From assembly GCA_024641635.1 (NCBI GenBank), contig JAHECS010000004.1:92826-156825 (forward strand): a stretch of 64,000 nt of DNA. Direction: 5' to 3'. Shown piece by piece: positions 8,339 through 17,391 of this stretch. Positions within the stretch are counted from its first letter, which is position 1, and each line of letters begins with the position of its first letter. The translations under genes were made by a program, and so were the position numbers. The notes beneath the pieces are model-generated. The model searched no databases, had not been told where the DNA came from, and was given only the letters and a program-made list of their open reading frames with translations. The stretch is from Actinomycetes bacterium (lineage in GTDB: Bacteria > Actinomycetota > Actinomycetes > S36-B12).

Positions 8339-9217
8339 ATGACGCAGCTCATCGACTACCTCCTGGGCGGACTCGGCTCCGGCATGATCATCGCGCTCAT
8401 GGCGCTGGCGCTCGTCCTGACGTGGCGTGCCACGCGGGTGGTGAACTTCGCCCAGGTGGGGCAGGCAATGTTCACCACGTTCGTGGCCCTGACGATCCAG
8501 ACCCTGACCGGCTCGTGGCTGGTGGCCCTCGTCGCCGCGATCATCGCGGGAGCCCTGCTGGGCGTCATCGTCCAGTACCTCGTGCTGCGTCCCGTGAGGC
8601 GCATGGACACCTCCGGGGCCATCATCGCGACCTTCGGCGTGCTCATCGCGCTGCAGGCGGCGGCGGGGATGATCTGGGGCGGCGACAGCCAGGCGTACCC
8701 GCAGCCCTTCGGGAACACCGCCCTCACCGTGTTCGGCCGGGAGTGGCCGGTGTCCGCCTATGACCTCGTGGTCGTCGGGTTCGGGGTGGTGCTCGTCGTG
8801 GGGCTCACGCTGCTCTTCACCCGGACCGACCTCGGACTCGCGATGAGGGCGACGGCCTTCAATCCGGAGGTGGCCCGACTGTCCGGGGTGCGGGTGAGCC
8901 GCACGCTGACGATCGGCTGGGCGCTGGCGGGCATCGTCGGTGCCGTCGCCGGAGTCCTGGTGGCCCCGACCTCCGCGATCTCGCCGAACAGCTTCGACAT
9001 CCTGCTGGTGTTCGCCTTCACGGCGGCGGTCATCGGCGGGTTGGACAGCCTCGTCGGCGCTGTCTCGGTCGGCATCTTCACCGGCCTGGTCCTGTCGGTT
9101 GTGTCCGGCTACAGCGACTCGAGCAATGCCCCCGTGGTGGCACTCTTCCTGCTGGCCCTCAACCTCGCCCTCAAGCCGGAGGGCATTTTCGGCCACAGCA
9201 AGGCCCGAGCGGTCTAG
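8339..9217 (+). CDS. livH: branched-chain amino acid-type ABC transporter permease (LivH-like)
   Basis: 292 aa polytopic membrane protein with the BPD_transp_2-like pattern (NFAQVGQAMFTTF..., GGLDSLVGAV). Confidence 0.8.
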   Translation: MTQLIDYLLGGLGSGMIIALMALALVLTWRATRVVNFAQVGQAMFTTFVALTIQTLTGSWLVALVAAIIAGALLGVIVQYLVLRPVRRMDTSGAIIATFGVLIALQAAAGMIWGGDSQAYPQPFGNTALTVFGREWPVSAYDLVVVGFGVVLVVGLTLLFTRTDLGLAMRATAFNPEVARLSGVRVSRTLTIGWALAGIVGAVAGVLVAPTSAISPNSFDILLVFAFTAAVIGGLDSLVGAVSVGIFTGLVLSVVSGYSDSSNAPVVALFLLALNLALKPEGIFGHSKARAV

Positions 9218-9226
9218 GGGGGACGC

Positions 9227-10645
9227 ATGCGTGATCTCATGCGCCTCCCTGGCGCTCGGCTGGTGCTGCATGCGGCGATCGCCATCGGCGCCTGGCTCGC
9301 CCTCACCTGGGTGAATGGCGCCGTCGACCCGTTGATGAACTACTACATCGCCCTCGTTGCCATGTACGCGACGGCCATGTTCGGCATGGTGATCCTCGTC
9401 GGCCTGTCCGGGCAGGTGTCCCTCGGCAACGGCGCCCTCATGGCCGTGGGCGGCTACGTCTTCGCCCTGACCACCCTGAACTGGCAGACCATCCCCTTCA
9501 CGGTGATCCCGATGAACGGCATCTGGGCGATGCTGTTCGCCGCTGTTGGCGGAGTGCTCTTCGGCCTGTTGATCGGCGTCCTCGGTGCTCGACTGAGCGG
9601 CCCCTACCTCGCCGGACTGACGCTGGGCATCGCGGTGGGCATCCCAGCCATCGCGAATCGCTTCCCCGAGCTCCTGGGGGGCGAGACCGGTCTTCAGCTG
9701 ACCGTGCCGTACCCGGATGGCGGCTACGCGCCCGTCGTCGAGGAGGTCGACCAGCAGTTCGTCGAGGAGCTCCCGACCGGTCAGGACGAGCTGCCCACTG
9801 GCCAGGACCCGCTTGCGTCCGACGGTTCGGGTGACCTGCTGACGTCGGACAACTTCCCGTCGGGGGATGCGTCGGTGGCGCCGGACGATCTGCTGACGTC
9901 GGACAACTTCCCGTCGGGGGATGCGTCGGTGGCGCCGGACGATCTGCTGACGTCGGACAACTTCCCGTCGGGGGATGCGTCGGTGGCGCCGGACGACCTG
10001 CTGACGTCGGACAACTTCCCCTCCGCGACCCCGGATGCGTCCGCGTTGCCGCTCGACCCCGGATCCACGGACGTGAGCGGGGTCGACGTGAGCGGGGTCG
10101 ACGTCGGCTTCGTGCTCGAGCGCTGGCAGGCGTCCCTCGCCGTCGCCGTCGCCTGCATCGTCGGCTTCCTCGCACTGAACCTCGTGCGCGGGCGCCAGGG
10201 GCGGGCTTGGCGGGCCGTGCGCGACGATCCGGTGGCGGCCGCAGTATCGGGCATCTCGCCCGCACGCTCGAAGGTGTCCGCATTCGTCGTGAGCAGCCTG
10301 TTCGCCGCCCTGGCCGGGGCCGTGTTCGCCCAGATCCTGGCCTACGTCGGTCCGGGAGCGTTCGGGCTCGGTCTGTCCCTCTCCCTCCTCGTCGGCATCG
10401 TCCTGGGCGGGCGGTCGTCCCTGGTCGGCGCCGTCATCGGGGCCGTCCTCCTCGTCTGGCTCCCGGAGTTCGTGCTGTCCCTGTCGAATGACCGTGGCTG
10501 GGAGGAGCAGGTGACGAACAACGCGCCCAACCTCATCTACGGCCTGCTGGTCGTCCTCGTCGTCCTCGTGGCTCCGGGCGGGATCGTGGGAACCCTGCAA
10601 GCGCTTGTAGGCAAGGTTGTTCGACGAGCCCGCAAGGCCGGGTGA
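9227..10645 (+). CDS. livM: branched-chain amino acid-type ABC transporter permease (LivM-like) with a large acidic repeat insertion
   Basis: 472 aa; LivM-like TM core (GQVSLGNGALMAVGGY..., GRAWRAVRDDPVAAAVSGI, SSLFAALAGAV) interrupted at about residues 160-295 by a D/P/S-rich low-complexity segment containing perfect tandem repeats. Confidence 0.8.
   Translation: MRDLMRLPGARLVLHAAIAIGAWLALTWVNGAVDPLMNYYIALVAMYATAMFGMVILVGLSGQVSLGNGALMAVGGYVFALTTLNWQTIPFTVIPMNGIWAMLFAAVGGVLFGLLIGVLGARLSGPYLAGLTLGIAVGIPAIANRFPELLGGETGLQLTVPYPDGGYAPVVEEVDQQFVEELPTGQDELPTGQDPLASDGSGDLLTSDNFPSGDASVAPDDLLTSDNFPSGDASVAPDDLLTSDNFPSGDASVAPDDLLTSDNFPSATPDASALPLDPGSTDVSGVDVSGVDVGFVLERWQASLAVAVACIVGFLALNLVRGRQGRAWRAVRDDPVAAAVSGISPARSKVSAFVVSSLFAALAGAVFAQILAYVGPGAFGLGLSLSLLVGIVLGGRSSLVGAVIGAVLLVWLPEFVLSLSNDRGWEEQVTNNAPNLIYGLLVVLVVLVAPGGIVGTLQALVGKVVRRARKAG
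9767..9808 (+). repeat. 2 x 21-bp imperfect tandem repeat (ELPTGQD x2) in livM
   Basis: gagctcccgaccggtcaggac / gagctgcccactggccaggac, adjacent and in frame. Confidence 0.85.
9836..10020 (+). repeat. about 3.4 copies of a 54-bp tandem repeat inside livM
   Basis: Unit ctgctgacgtcggacaacttcccgtcgggggatgcgtcggtggcgccggacgat at 9836, 9890 and 9944 (one t>c change) plus a partial copy from 9998; encodes LLTSDNFPSGDASVAPDD. Confidence 0.95.
10070..10099 (+). repeat. 2 x 15-bp perfect tandem repeat (DVSGV x2) in livM
   Basis: gacgtgagcggggtc at 10070-10084 and 10085-10099. Confidence 0.95.
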
Positions 10646-10655
10646 CCCCAATGTG

Positions 10656-10684
10656 TTGCAACCCCGGCTCGCGCTGACTAGCGT
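10656..10684 (+). promoter_or_regulatory. candidate internal promoter for the substrate-binding protein gene
   Basis: ttgcaa (10656-10661), 17-nt spacer, tagcgt (10679-10684); followed by 9-bp hairpin gcggcatgt/acatgccgc at 10713-10735. Confidence 0.3.
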
Positions 10685-10804
10685 CCGCACCACCTGCGTC
10701 GCAAGGTCGTGCGCGGCATGTCGTATACATGCCGCTGAGTCGGCGTCCTTGGGGCGCGGGGGCGATCGGCGTCGCCAGCACGCCACCTTGGGAGAGGCAG
10801 ATCT

Positions 10805-12091
10805 GTGAGCAAAGTCCTTGTGACCCGCGTGGTCACGTTCGGAGTCGTGACCGGCCTCGCGCTGGCCACCGCAGCACCGTCGGGCGCGGCGGTCGCTACC
10901 GCTGACCCGGGGGTCAGCTCGAACCAGATAGTCATCGGCACGACGACACCCCTGACCGGCCCTGCCTCTCCGGGCTACAAGGATGTCGCCCCGGCCGCAC
11001 AGGCCTACTTCAACTACGTGAACGCGAACGGCGGAATCAACGGCCGGAAGATCAAGTACGTCGTCAAGGACGACCAGTACAACCCGGCGAAGGCCAAGAG
11101 CGCGACCAGCGAGCTCATCCTCCGCGACAAGGTCTTCACCATCTTCGGGGCGCTCGGCACCCCCACGCACTCCGCCGTGGTGGCCGACATCAACCGGCGA
11201 GGCATCCCGGATGTGTTCGTCAACACCGGCTCGTCGAACTTCGACAACCCGCGCAAGTACCCGACGACGTTCCCGTACTTCCCGTCCTACGTCGTCGAGG
11301 CCAAGGTCATGGCCTCGTACATCCAGGGCGACTCCGCCCTCAACGCCAAGAAGCGCTGCCTCTTCTACCAGGACGGCGAGTTCGGCGACAACGCCGAGAA
11401 GGGCTTCAACGCGGCCGGCATGAAGTTCGCCACGACCGTCTCCTACTTCTCCGGGCAGCAGGTCGCCCCGTTCACCTCGCAGATCACCAAGATGAAGTCC
11501 GAGGGCTGCGATCTCGTCGTCTTCTTCGGAGTGACCTCCGCGACCGCCCAGATGCTCGGCACCTCGGCCAAGGCAGCCTTCCGGCCGACCTGGATGATCA
11601 CGTCCGTCGGGTCCGACCCCACGGTGCTCTCCGGCACGCTCGGCGCGGCCACGAACCAGCTGCTCAACGGCATCTACACGCCGAGCTTCCTCGCTCCGAT
11701 CCAGGACACGAAGAACCCCTACGTGAGCCAGATGAAGGTCATCGCCGACAAGAACCGCCTGCCGTGGAACTTCTACACCTACTACGGCATCAACACGGCG
11801 TACGTGCTGGCGCAGGCGCTCAAGGCGGCGGGTCCGAACCTGACCCGCAAGGGGCTGATCAACGCCCTGCAGACGAGGGCGTCCAGCTTCCGCTCGGCGG
11901 CGGTCGTGCCCATGGTGATCAACTCCCGCTCGCATCAGGGCCTCACGGGCTACTACATGGGCAGGTACAACACCTCGGGTCAGGTGCTGCGACTCACCAG
12001 CTACATCCTGGTGGCCAACAGCGCCTCGACCGGCAAGGCCAAGAAGACCACCTTCCGCCCGGGTGCCCCCACCCGCAAGCTCCTGCCGTAG
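10805..12091 (+). CDS. ABC transporter substrate-binding protein, branched-chain amino acid/amide family (LivK-like), secreted
   Basis: 428 aa; signal peptide VVTGLALATAAPSGAAVATA; Peripla_BP_6-like core (IVIGTTTPLTGPASPGYKD..., NGGINGRKIKYVVKDDQYNPAKA). Confidence 0.8.
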   Translation: MSKVLVTRVVTFGVVTGLALATAAPSGAAVATADPGVSSNQIVIGTTTPLTGPASPGYKDVAPAAQAYFNYVNANGGINGRKIKYVVKDDQYNPAKAKSATSELILRDKVFTIFGALGTPTHSAVVADINRRGIPDVFVNTGSSNFDNPRKYPTTFPYFPSYVVEAKVMASYIQGDSALNAKKRCLFYQDGEFGDNAEKGFNAAGMKFATTVSYFSGQQVAPFTSQITKMKSEGCDLVVFFGVTSATAQMLGTSAKAAFRPTWMITSVGSDPTVLSGTLGAATNQLLNGIYTPSFLAPIQDTKNPYVSQMKVIADKNRLPWNFYTYYGINTAYVLAQALKAAGPNLTRKGLINALQTRASSFRSAAVVPMVINSRSHQGLTGYYMGRYNTSGQVLRLTSYILVANSASTGKAKKTTFRPGAPTRKLLP

Positions 12092-13819
12092 ATGAGGACT
12101 GACATGAAGACAACGTTCACCCGCCGCGTCGTCGCGGCGACAGCGGCGGCAGGGCTCCTGCTCGTCGGAGTCCCGGCCCTGGCGCCGGCAAACGCCGCGT
12201 CGTCCGCCTGCGGTCTCGGCAAGACCTGCGAGGGCTCGCTCGCGGGCCCTCTAGGGGCTTCGCCCTACACGATCCAGATGCCTAAGAAGTTCAACGGCAC
12301 CGTGCTCGTGTACTCGCACGGATACCGCATCGGAACCCCGATACCAGCGGCGCTGGCCGTCCCCCTCGGGTTCGACAAGGATCCGGCCTACGACCAGATC
12401 TCCTTCCCGCTCTTCAAGGAGTCGCTCGGCTCGGACGTGGCCTACATCGGCTCGAACAGGGCCGACGTCGGACCGAGTGACGTGGTCGAGAAGAACCTCC
12501 TGGCGAAGGGGTATGCGCTCGCCGGCACCGGGTACGCCCGACAGGGCTGGGCTGCGGCCGAGGGGCTCGAGGCCAACCAGAACCTGCTCAAGGCGATCGA
12601 CAAGGGTGCCATCAAGGGCGTGAAGAAGACGCTGCTGTGGGGCAGTTCCCTCGGCGGCCTCATCGCGGCCACCACCGCGGAGCGCACACCGGGCTCTGTC
12701 GACGGACTGCTGCCGATGTGCGGCGTGCTGGCCGGCCCCGAGCAGGCCTTCGGCAGCGCGATGTCGGTGCTGTACTCGTGGAAGTCGCTGATCGCGCCGA
12801 GCCTCAAGGTGGCCAACTACAGCGGCTACACCGAGGCGCTGACGGATCTCGGTACCGTCCTGACGACCCTCCAGAAGGTCTCCGGAGACACATCGCTCGT
12901 GTCGAGCGTCGGCTACCCCGTCGCCCAGGCGAACCTGCTGGCCGGCCTCCTGGGCGGCCTGCCGACGAAGTCCCAGGCGTTCGATGGTCAGACCCTGAAT
13001 CCCTTCGCGGATTCCCAAGGGACCGCGGCGGCCATCGCCGGCGGATACTCGTTCGTCTCGGCTGGGCAGAGCTCGGCGGCGGCCATGCTGCAGAACGTCG
13101 GCGGCGCGGCAGCGCTCGGCATCCTGGGGCGTTACGAGCTCGAGCAGCGCATCCGGCTCACGGCGGGCATCCTCCCGGCGCAGAACGCCAACTTCAACAG
13201 CAACGTCAAGGTGTCCTACTCCAGGCTGCTCACACAGGAGCAGCGCGGAGAGTTCGGCGACACGCTGAACGCGTCGACGGTCATGCCGAACCTGATGAAC
13301 GCGATGCTGGCGACCCTCGACTCGACCAAGGGCAGCACCTCGGCGCGCTTCGTGGCCAGCCCCAAGGCCGTCAAGGCGGTTCGCGCTCTCCCGGCGCCCA
13401 CGGGCAAGTACGTGGCCCCGACGCTGATGCTGTCGACCCAGTACGACCCGATCGTCCCTGCCGGCAACACGCAGTGGTACTTCGACCGCGTGTCGGCCTC
13501 GGCGAAGAAGAAGGGTGCGTCCTCGTCGGTCGCCCAGTACTACACCGAGCCGCCGCTGAAGGGCTGGGAGGTCTACGACGAGGGTGCCAAGGGGCCGAAT
13601 GCCGCCGCCAGCACCGCCGCCGCGACCTCGGGCGTCGGCCACTGCAACTTCGCGATCAAGAACGGCGTGCAGATCACGAACGCGGTGAAGGGCCTCGAGC
13701 TCCTCGTCAAGGGCGCCTCTCCCAAGGTGGTCAACCGACTCATGTGGAAGACCCCGGGCGTCATCGCCGACGAGTTCTTCGAGCCGGAGCGGCTGAAGCG
13801 ACCTGATCTGGCCAAGTAG
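12092..13819 (+). CDS. secreted alpha/beta-fold hydrolase of unknown specificity (putative Ser-Asp-His triad)
   Basis: 575 aa; signal peptide ending ALAPANA-AS; nucleophile elbow LWGSSLGG, later QYDPIVP and GVGHCNF in Ser-Asp-His order with a long insert between Ser and Asp. ATG abuts the upstream stop (TAGATG); ATG 12104 is an alternative start. Confidence 0.55.
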   Translation: MRTDMKTTFTRRVVAATAAAGLLLVGVPALAPANAASSACGLGKTCEGSLAGPLGASPYTIQMPKKFNGTVLVYSHGYRIGTPIPAALAVPLGFDKDPAYDQISFPLFKESLGSDVAYIGSNRADVGPSDVVEKNLLAKGYALAGTGYARQGWAAAEGLEANQNLLKAIDKGAIKGVKKTLLWGSSLGGLIAATTAERTPGSVDGLLPMCGVLAGPEQAFGSAMSVLYSWKSLIAPSLKVANYSGYTEALTDLGTVLTTLQKVSGDTSLVSSVGYPVAQANLLAGLLGGLPTKSQAFDGQTLNPFADSQGTAAAIAGGYSFVSAGQSSAAAMLQNVGGAAALGILGRYELEQRIRLTAGILPAQNANFNSNVKVSYSRLLTQEQRGEFGDTLNASTVMPNLMNAMLATLDSTKGSTSARFVASPKAVKAVRALPAPTGKYVAPTLMLSTQYDPIVPAGNTQWYFDRVSASAKKKGASSSVAQYYTEPPLKGWEVYDEGAKGPNAAASTAAATSGVGHCNFAIKNGVQITNAVKGLELLVKGASPKVVNRLMWKTPGVIADEFFEPERLKRPDLAK

Positions 13820-13827
13820 CCGGATGA

Positions 13828-13860
13828 TCGGGGGCGGGGCCGATTTGGTCCCGCCCCCGA
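13828..13860 (+). terminator. terminator-like hairpin after the hydrolase gene
   Basis: tcgggggcggggcc / ggtcccgcccccga: 14-bp stem (one G-U), loop gattt. Confidence 0.65.
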
Positions 13861-14062
13861 ACCTCCCGTACGCTTCCCCCTACCGAAGACCGCTGGTCGC
13901 CGGCAGCAGGAGACTGCAGCCGGTCGAAGGCCCCGCGAAGGCGGGCGGCCCGCGCAGGTGAACGAGCAAGGCCTCTGGTGGGCTCATGAGCCCACCGTCG
14001 CCCCGCCCCGTGCGCCTGCGCCGGGGCGTTCTGCATTCTCGGGGCGACATGAAAGGAGCCTC
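13861..14062 (+). promoter_or_regulatory. rplJ 5' leader (possible L10-L12 autoregulatory leader)
   Basis: About 200 nt untranslated and structured: gtgggctc-at-gagcccac hairpin (13978-13995), cgccccg/cggggcg stem (14000-14028), then SD gaaaggag. Homology to known L10 leaders not tested. Confidence 0.35.
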
Positions 14063-14782
14063 ATGGCCCGGCCGAACAAGGCGAGCACGATCGCCGAGCT
14101 CGCCGACCACTTCCGCGAGTCCAACGCGGCAGTGCTCACCGAGTACCGAGGTCTGACCGTCGCGCAGCTGAAGACGCTGCGTCGCTCGCTCGGATCCACG
14201 GTCACGTACGCGGTCGTCAAGAACACCTTGACCAAGATCGCCGCAAAGGACGCCGGGGTAACCGGCGTCGACGATCTCCTCGCTGGTCCGAGCGCCATCG
14301 CCTTCGTCAAGGGTGATGCGGTCGAGGCGGCCAAGGCGATCAAGACCTTCGCCAAGGAGAACCCCGCCCTCGTCATCAAGGGCGGCTACATGGACGGAAA
14401 GACCCTCAGCGCCGCTGACGTCCAGAAGATCGCCGACCTTGAGTCGCGCGAGGTGCTCCTGTCCAAGCTCGCCGGGGCCATGAAGGCGAAGCAGTCGCAG
14501 GCAGCCGCCCTGTTCGCTGCTCCGCTCTCGAAGGCCGCGCGCGCCCTGGGCGCCCTGCAGACCAAGCTCGAGGCCGATCCGTCGGCCGCGGCTGCTGCTC
14601 CCGCCGACGCTCCGGCAGACGCCGTGGCCGAGGAGACCCCCGCCGACGCTCCGGCAGACGCCGTGGCCGAGGAGACCCCCGCCGAGGCACCCGCCGAGGC
14701 ACCCGTCGAGGCTGCGGCCGAGGCGACCACCGAAGAGACCGCCGAGACGACCGATGTCGTCGAGGAGACCACCGAGGGCTGA
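14063..14782 (+). CDS. rplJ: 50S ribosomal protein L10 (uL10) with acidic Ala/Pro/Glu-rich C-terminal repeat tail
   Basis: ATG 14063 after gaaaggag; [44 protein letters not shown]. 239 aa, of which about 60 C-terminal residues are low-complexity acidic repeats. Confidence 0.95.
   Translation: MARPNKASTIAELADHFRESNAAVLTEYRGLTVAQLKTLRRSLGSTVTYAVVKNTLTKIAAKDAGVTGVDDLLAGPSAIAFVKGDAVEAAKAIKTFAKENPALVIKGGYMDGKTLSAADVQKIADLESREVLLSKLAGAMKAKQSQAAALFAAPLSKAARALGALQTKLEADPSAAAAAPADAPADAVAEETPADAPADAVAEETPAEAPAEAPVEAAAEATTEETAETTDVVEETTEG
14603..14704 (+). repeat. 2 x 39-bp perfect tandem repeat plus 2 x 12-bp repeat in the rplJ 3' end
   Basis: gccgacgctccggcagacgccgtggccgaggagaccccc at 14603-14641 and 14642-14680; gccgaggcaccc at 14681-14692 and 14693-14704. 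Confidence 0.9.
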
Positions 14783-14826
14783 GGCCCACCCGGCCCTCGG
14801 CCGGATCTACCTGAAAGGACGCCATC

Positions 14827-15216
14827 ATGGCGAAGCTGAGCACCGACGAGCTGCTGGACGCGTTCAAGGAGATGACGCTGCTGGAGCTCTCTGATTTCGT
14901 GAAGATGTTCGAGGAGACCTTCGACGTCACCGCGGCGGCCCCTGTGGCCGTTGCCGCTGCTGCCCCCGCGGGCGGCGCCGGTGGTGGCGAGGCCGCTGCC
15001 GAGCAGGACGAGTTCGACGTCGTCCTCGAGGCTGCCGGCGACAACAAGATCCCGGTCATCAAGGAGGTGCGCGCGCTCACCAGCCTGGGCCTCAAGGAGG
15101 CCAAGGATCTGGTCGAGGCCGCCCCCAAGGCGGTCCTGGAGAAGGTCAACAAGGAGACTGCCGAGAAGGCCAAGGAGGCCCTCGAGGGCGCCGGCGCCAA
15201 GGTCACCCTCAAGTAG
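14827..15216 (+). CDS. rplL: 50S ribosomal protein L7/L12 (bL12)
   Basis: 129 aa; [34 protein letters not shown]...[24 protein letters not shown]. Confidence 0.97.
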   Translation: MAKLSTDELLDAFKEMTLLELSDFVKMFEETFDVTAAAPVAVAAAAPAGGAGGGEAAAEQDEFDVVLEAAGDNKIPVIKEVRALTSLGLKEAKDLVEAAPKAVLEKVNKETAEKAKEALEGAGAKVTLK

Positions 15217-15235
15217 TCCACCGCGCTCACGCGCA

Positions 15236-15277
15236 ACGAAGGAGGGCCCACCCCGATCGGGGTGGGCCCTCCTTCGT
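15236..15277. terminator. bidirectional terminator hairpin between rplL and the convergent MFS gene
   Basis: acgaaggagggcccacccc-gatc-ggggtgggccctccttcgt: 19-bp perfect stem. Confidence 0.8.
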
Positions 15278-15289
15278 CGCTTGACGCCG

Positions 15290-16909
15290 CTACTCGACGA
15301 GCATCGGCGGATGGTCCTTGTCGTGATCCGAGCGCAGGTGGACGTCCTTCAGCATGAGGGCGAACACGAACCCGACCACGAGGATGGGGACGGCCGCGAG
15401 GAACACGGTGCCCAGGGCGCCGGTGAACGCCTCGAGCACCAACGGCCGGACGCTGTCCGGCAGGGCAGCGATATTGGACATGGCACTCGTCATGCCGTCG
15501 ATCTGGGCGCCGGACGCCGATCCGGCGGGCAGCGTGGCCATCAGCTCGGCGGTGAGCCGGGAGGTGAGGATGGCTCCGAAGAGCGCCGTTCCGATCGTCC
15601 CGCCCACGGACCGGAAGAAGGTCGATCCGCTGGTGGCCACCCCGACATCACGCGGATTGACGGAGTTCTGCACGGCGATGATGAGCACCTGCATGACGTT
15701 GCCGATCCCCACGCCGAGGATGAACAGGTACACGGCCAGCTGCCAGTACGGCGTCTGCACCTCGATCGTCGACAGCAGGAACATTCCGATCGCGGCCAGT
15801 GCGGTGCCGATGATCGGGAAGATCTTGTATCGACCGAGGTGGGAGATGAGGCGGCCCGACACGATCGAGGCGATCAGCAGGCCCGCCATCATGGGCAGCA
15901 GCTGCAGCCCGGCCTCGGTCGGCGACGATCCCTGGACCAGCTGCAGGAACAGCGGCATGAAGACGATGGCGCCGAACATCGCGAGCCCGACGATGAACCC
16001 GATGATGCTGGAGACGCCGAACACCTGGTTGCGGAACAGGCCCATCGGAACGATGGGCTCCGGGACGCGCAGCTGCCGTCGGACGAAGACGGCGAGCAGG
16101 GCAACCGTCAGGACTCCCATGCCGAGGATGGCGGGGGACAGCCAGTCGAAGCGCTGCCCGCCCCACTCGAAGATGAGCAGGAGTGCGCTCACGCCGGCCA
16201 CGAGGAGTGCGGCGCCCAGGTAGTCGACGACGTGGTTCACGCGTCGCTGGGGCACCTGGAGGACCAGGGTGATGACGACGAACGCCGCGATGCCGATCGG
16301 CAGGTTGATGTAGAAGATCCAGCGCCACGAGAGGCTGTCCACGAAGAACCCCCCGAGCAGCGGGCCGGCGACGCTGGCGATGGCGAACACCCCGCCGAAC
16401 AGTCCCGTGTACTTACCGCGGTCGCGCGGCGGGATGATGTCGGCGATGACGGCCATGACGAGAACCATGAGGCCACCGCCGCCCAGGCCCTGGATCCCTC
16501 GGGTGACGATGAGCATCCCCATGGACGTCGACGCGCCGGCAAGCAGCGAGCCGGCCAGGAAGATGACGATGGCCGCCTGCAGCATGATCTTTCGGCCGTA
16601 CAGGTCGGAGATCTTGCCCCAGATCGGGGTCGAGGCGGTGGACGCGAGCAGGTAGGCGGTGACGACCCACGACAGCTGCGCCAGTCCGTTGAGGTCGCTC
16701 GTGATCCGCGGCAGGGCCGTGGAGACGATGGTCTGGTCGAGGGCCGCCAGGAACATCGTGAGCATGAGCGCCGTCATGGTCAGGCCGAGTCGCCCGCCGT
16801 GGATCAGCTCATGGTCCGGAGCCCCCTCGGAGATGAGGGTCGCCTCGGGATCGGGAGTGTCCAGGGGATCGGGCTCGTCCACGCGGCTGGTGGTCGGCAG
16901 GTCGGTCAT
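15290..16909 (-). CDS. MFS transporter, DHA2 (EmrB/QacA-like, about 14 TM) drug/proton antiporter family
   Basis: 539 aa; [28 protein letters not shown], many TM helices; ATG overlaps the marR stop (ATGA on minus strand at 16906-16909). Confidence 0.8.
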   Translation of the reverse strand: MTDLPTTSRVDEPDPLDTPDPEATLISEGAPDHELIHGGRLGLTMTALMLTMFLAALDQTIVSTALPRITSDLNGLAQLSWVVTAYLLASTASTPIWGKISDLYGRKIMLQAAIVIFLAGSLLAGASTSMGMLIVTRGIQGLGGGGLMVLVMAVIADIIPPRDRGKYTGLFGGVFAIASVAGPLLGGFFVDSLSWRWIFYINLPIGIAAFVVITLVLQVPQRRVNHVVDYLGAALLVAGVSALLLIFEWGGQRFDWLSPAILGMGVLTVALLAVFVRRQLRVPEPIVPMGLFRNQVFGVSSIIGFIVGLAMFGAIVFMPLFLQLVQGSSPTEAGLQLLPMMAGLLIASIVSGRLISHLGRYKIFPIIGTALAAIGMFLLSTIEVQTPYWQLAVYLFILGVGIGNVMQVLIIAVQNSVNPRDVGVATSGSTFFRSVGGTIGTALFGAILTSRLTAELMATLPAGSASGAQIDGMTSAMSNIAALPDSVRPLVLEAFTGALGTVFLAAVPILVVGFVFALMLKDVHLRSDHDKDHPPMLVE

Positions 16910-17391
16910 TCGGGGTTCCTGTCCTGGGCGGTGAGCCCGTCAATGAAGCTGTGGAGGAGTCGGGCGAGAGTCTCGACGTCGTTCTCGGGCCAGCCGCTGA
17001 TCGCTGCCTCGAAACGGCCCACTCGGTCGGCGACCATGACGGCAACCGCCGCCTCACCCGACGGGGTGAGCCGAACCAGCTGAGCTCGGCCGTCCGCCGG
17101 GTCGGTGTCGCGGGCCACGAGGCCATCCCCCTCGAGGGTGCACACGTGGCGACTGACCGTGGACTGGTCCAGGTGCAGTGCGTCGGCGAGCTCGGCCGCC
17201 CTCACGGGGCCTGTCACGGACAGGCGGACGAGGACGGGCATGGTCGCGGACGGCTCGCCGTGGTCACGACGGAGGGCGTAGATGACGTCGAAGAGGGCCC
17301 CGACCAGCTCGGCCGCGGCGGCGTTGGAGGCCGCCGCCGTCACGCTGGCTCGCGCCGCAGCGGTGTCGGACGGAGAAGTTGCTTGCATCAT
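16906..17391 (-). CDS. MarR family transcriptional regulator
   Basis: 161 aa; winged-helix region [47 protein letters not shown]. Confidence 0.85.
   Translation of the reverse strand: MMQATSPSDTAAARASVTAAASNAAAAELVGALFDVIYALRRDHGEPSATMPVLVRLSVTGPVRAAELADALHLDQSTVSRHVCTLEGDGLVARDTDPADGRAQLVRLTPSGEAAVAVMVADRVGRFEAAISGWPENDVETLARLLHSFIDGLTAQDRNPE

Noticed and set aside
9836-10020. Possibility that the tandem repeats here, or at 25896-26138, are a CRISPR array
   Set aside because: The units are directly adjacent with no unique spacers. They are 15-54 bp in-frame coding repeats inside ORFs, and no cas genes are present in the window.
7598-11935. 1445-aa ORF on the minus strand spanning the whole liv cluster
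   Set aside because: It runs antisense to five well-supported plus-strand genes. Its translation is low-complexity Arg/Gly/Asp/His-rich with no recognisable motif. This is the typical stop-codon-poor antisense frame of GC-rich DNA.
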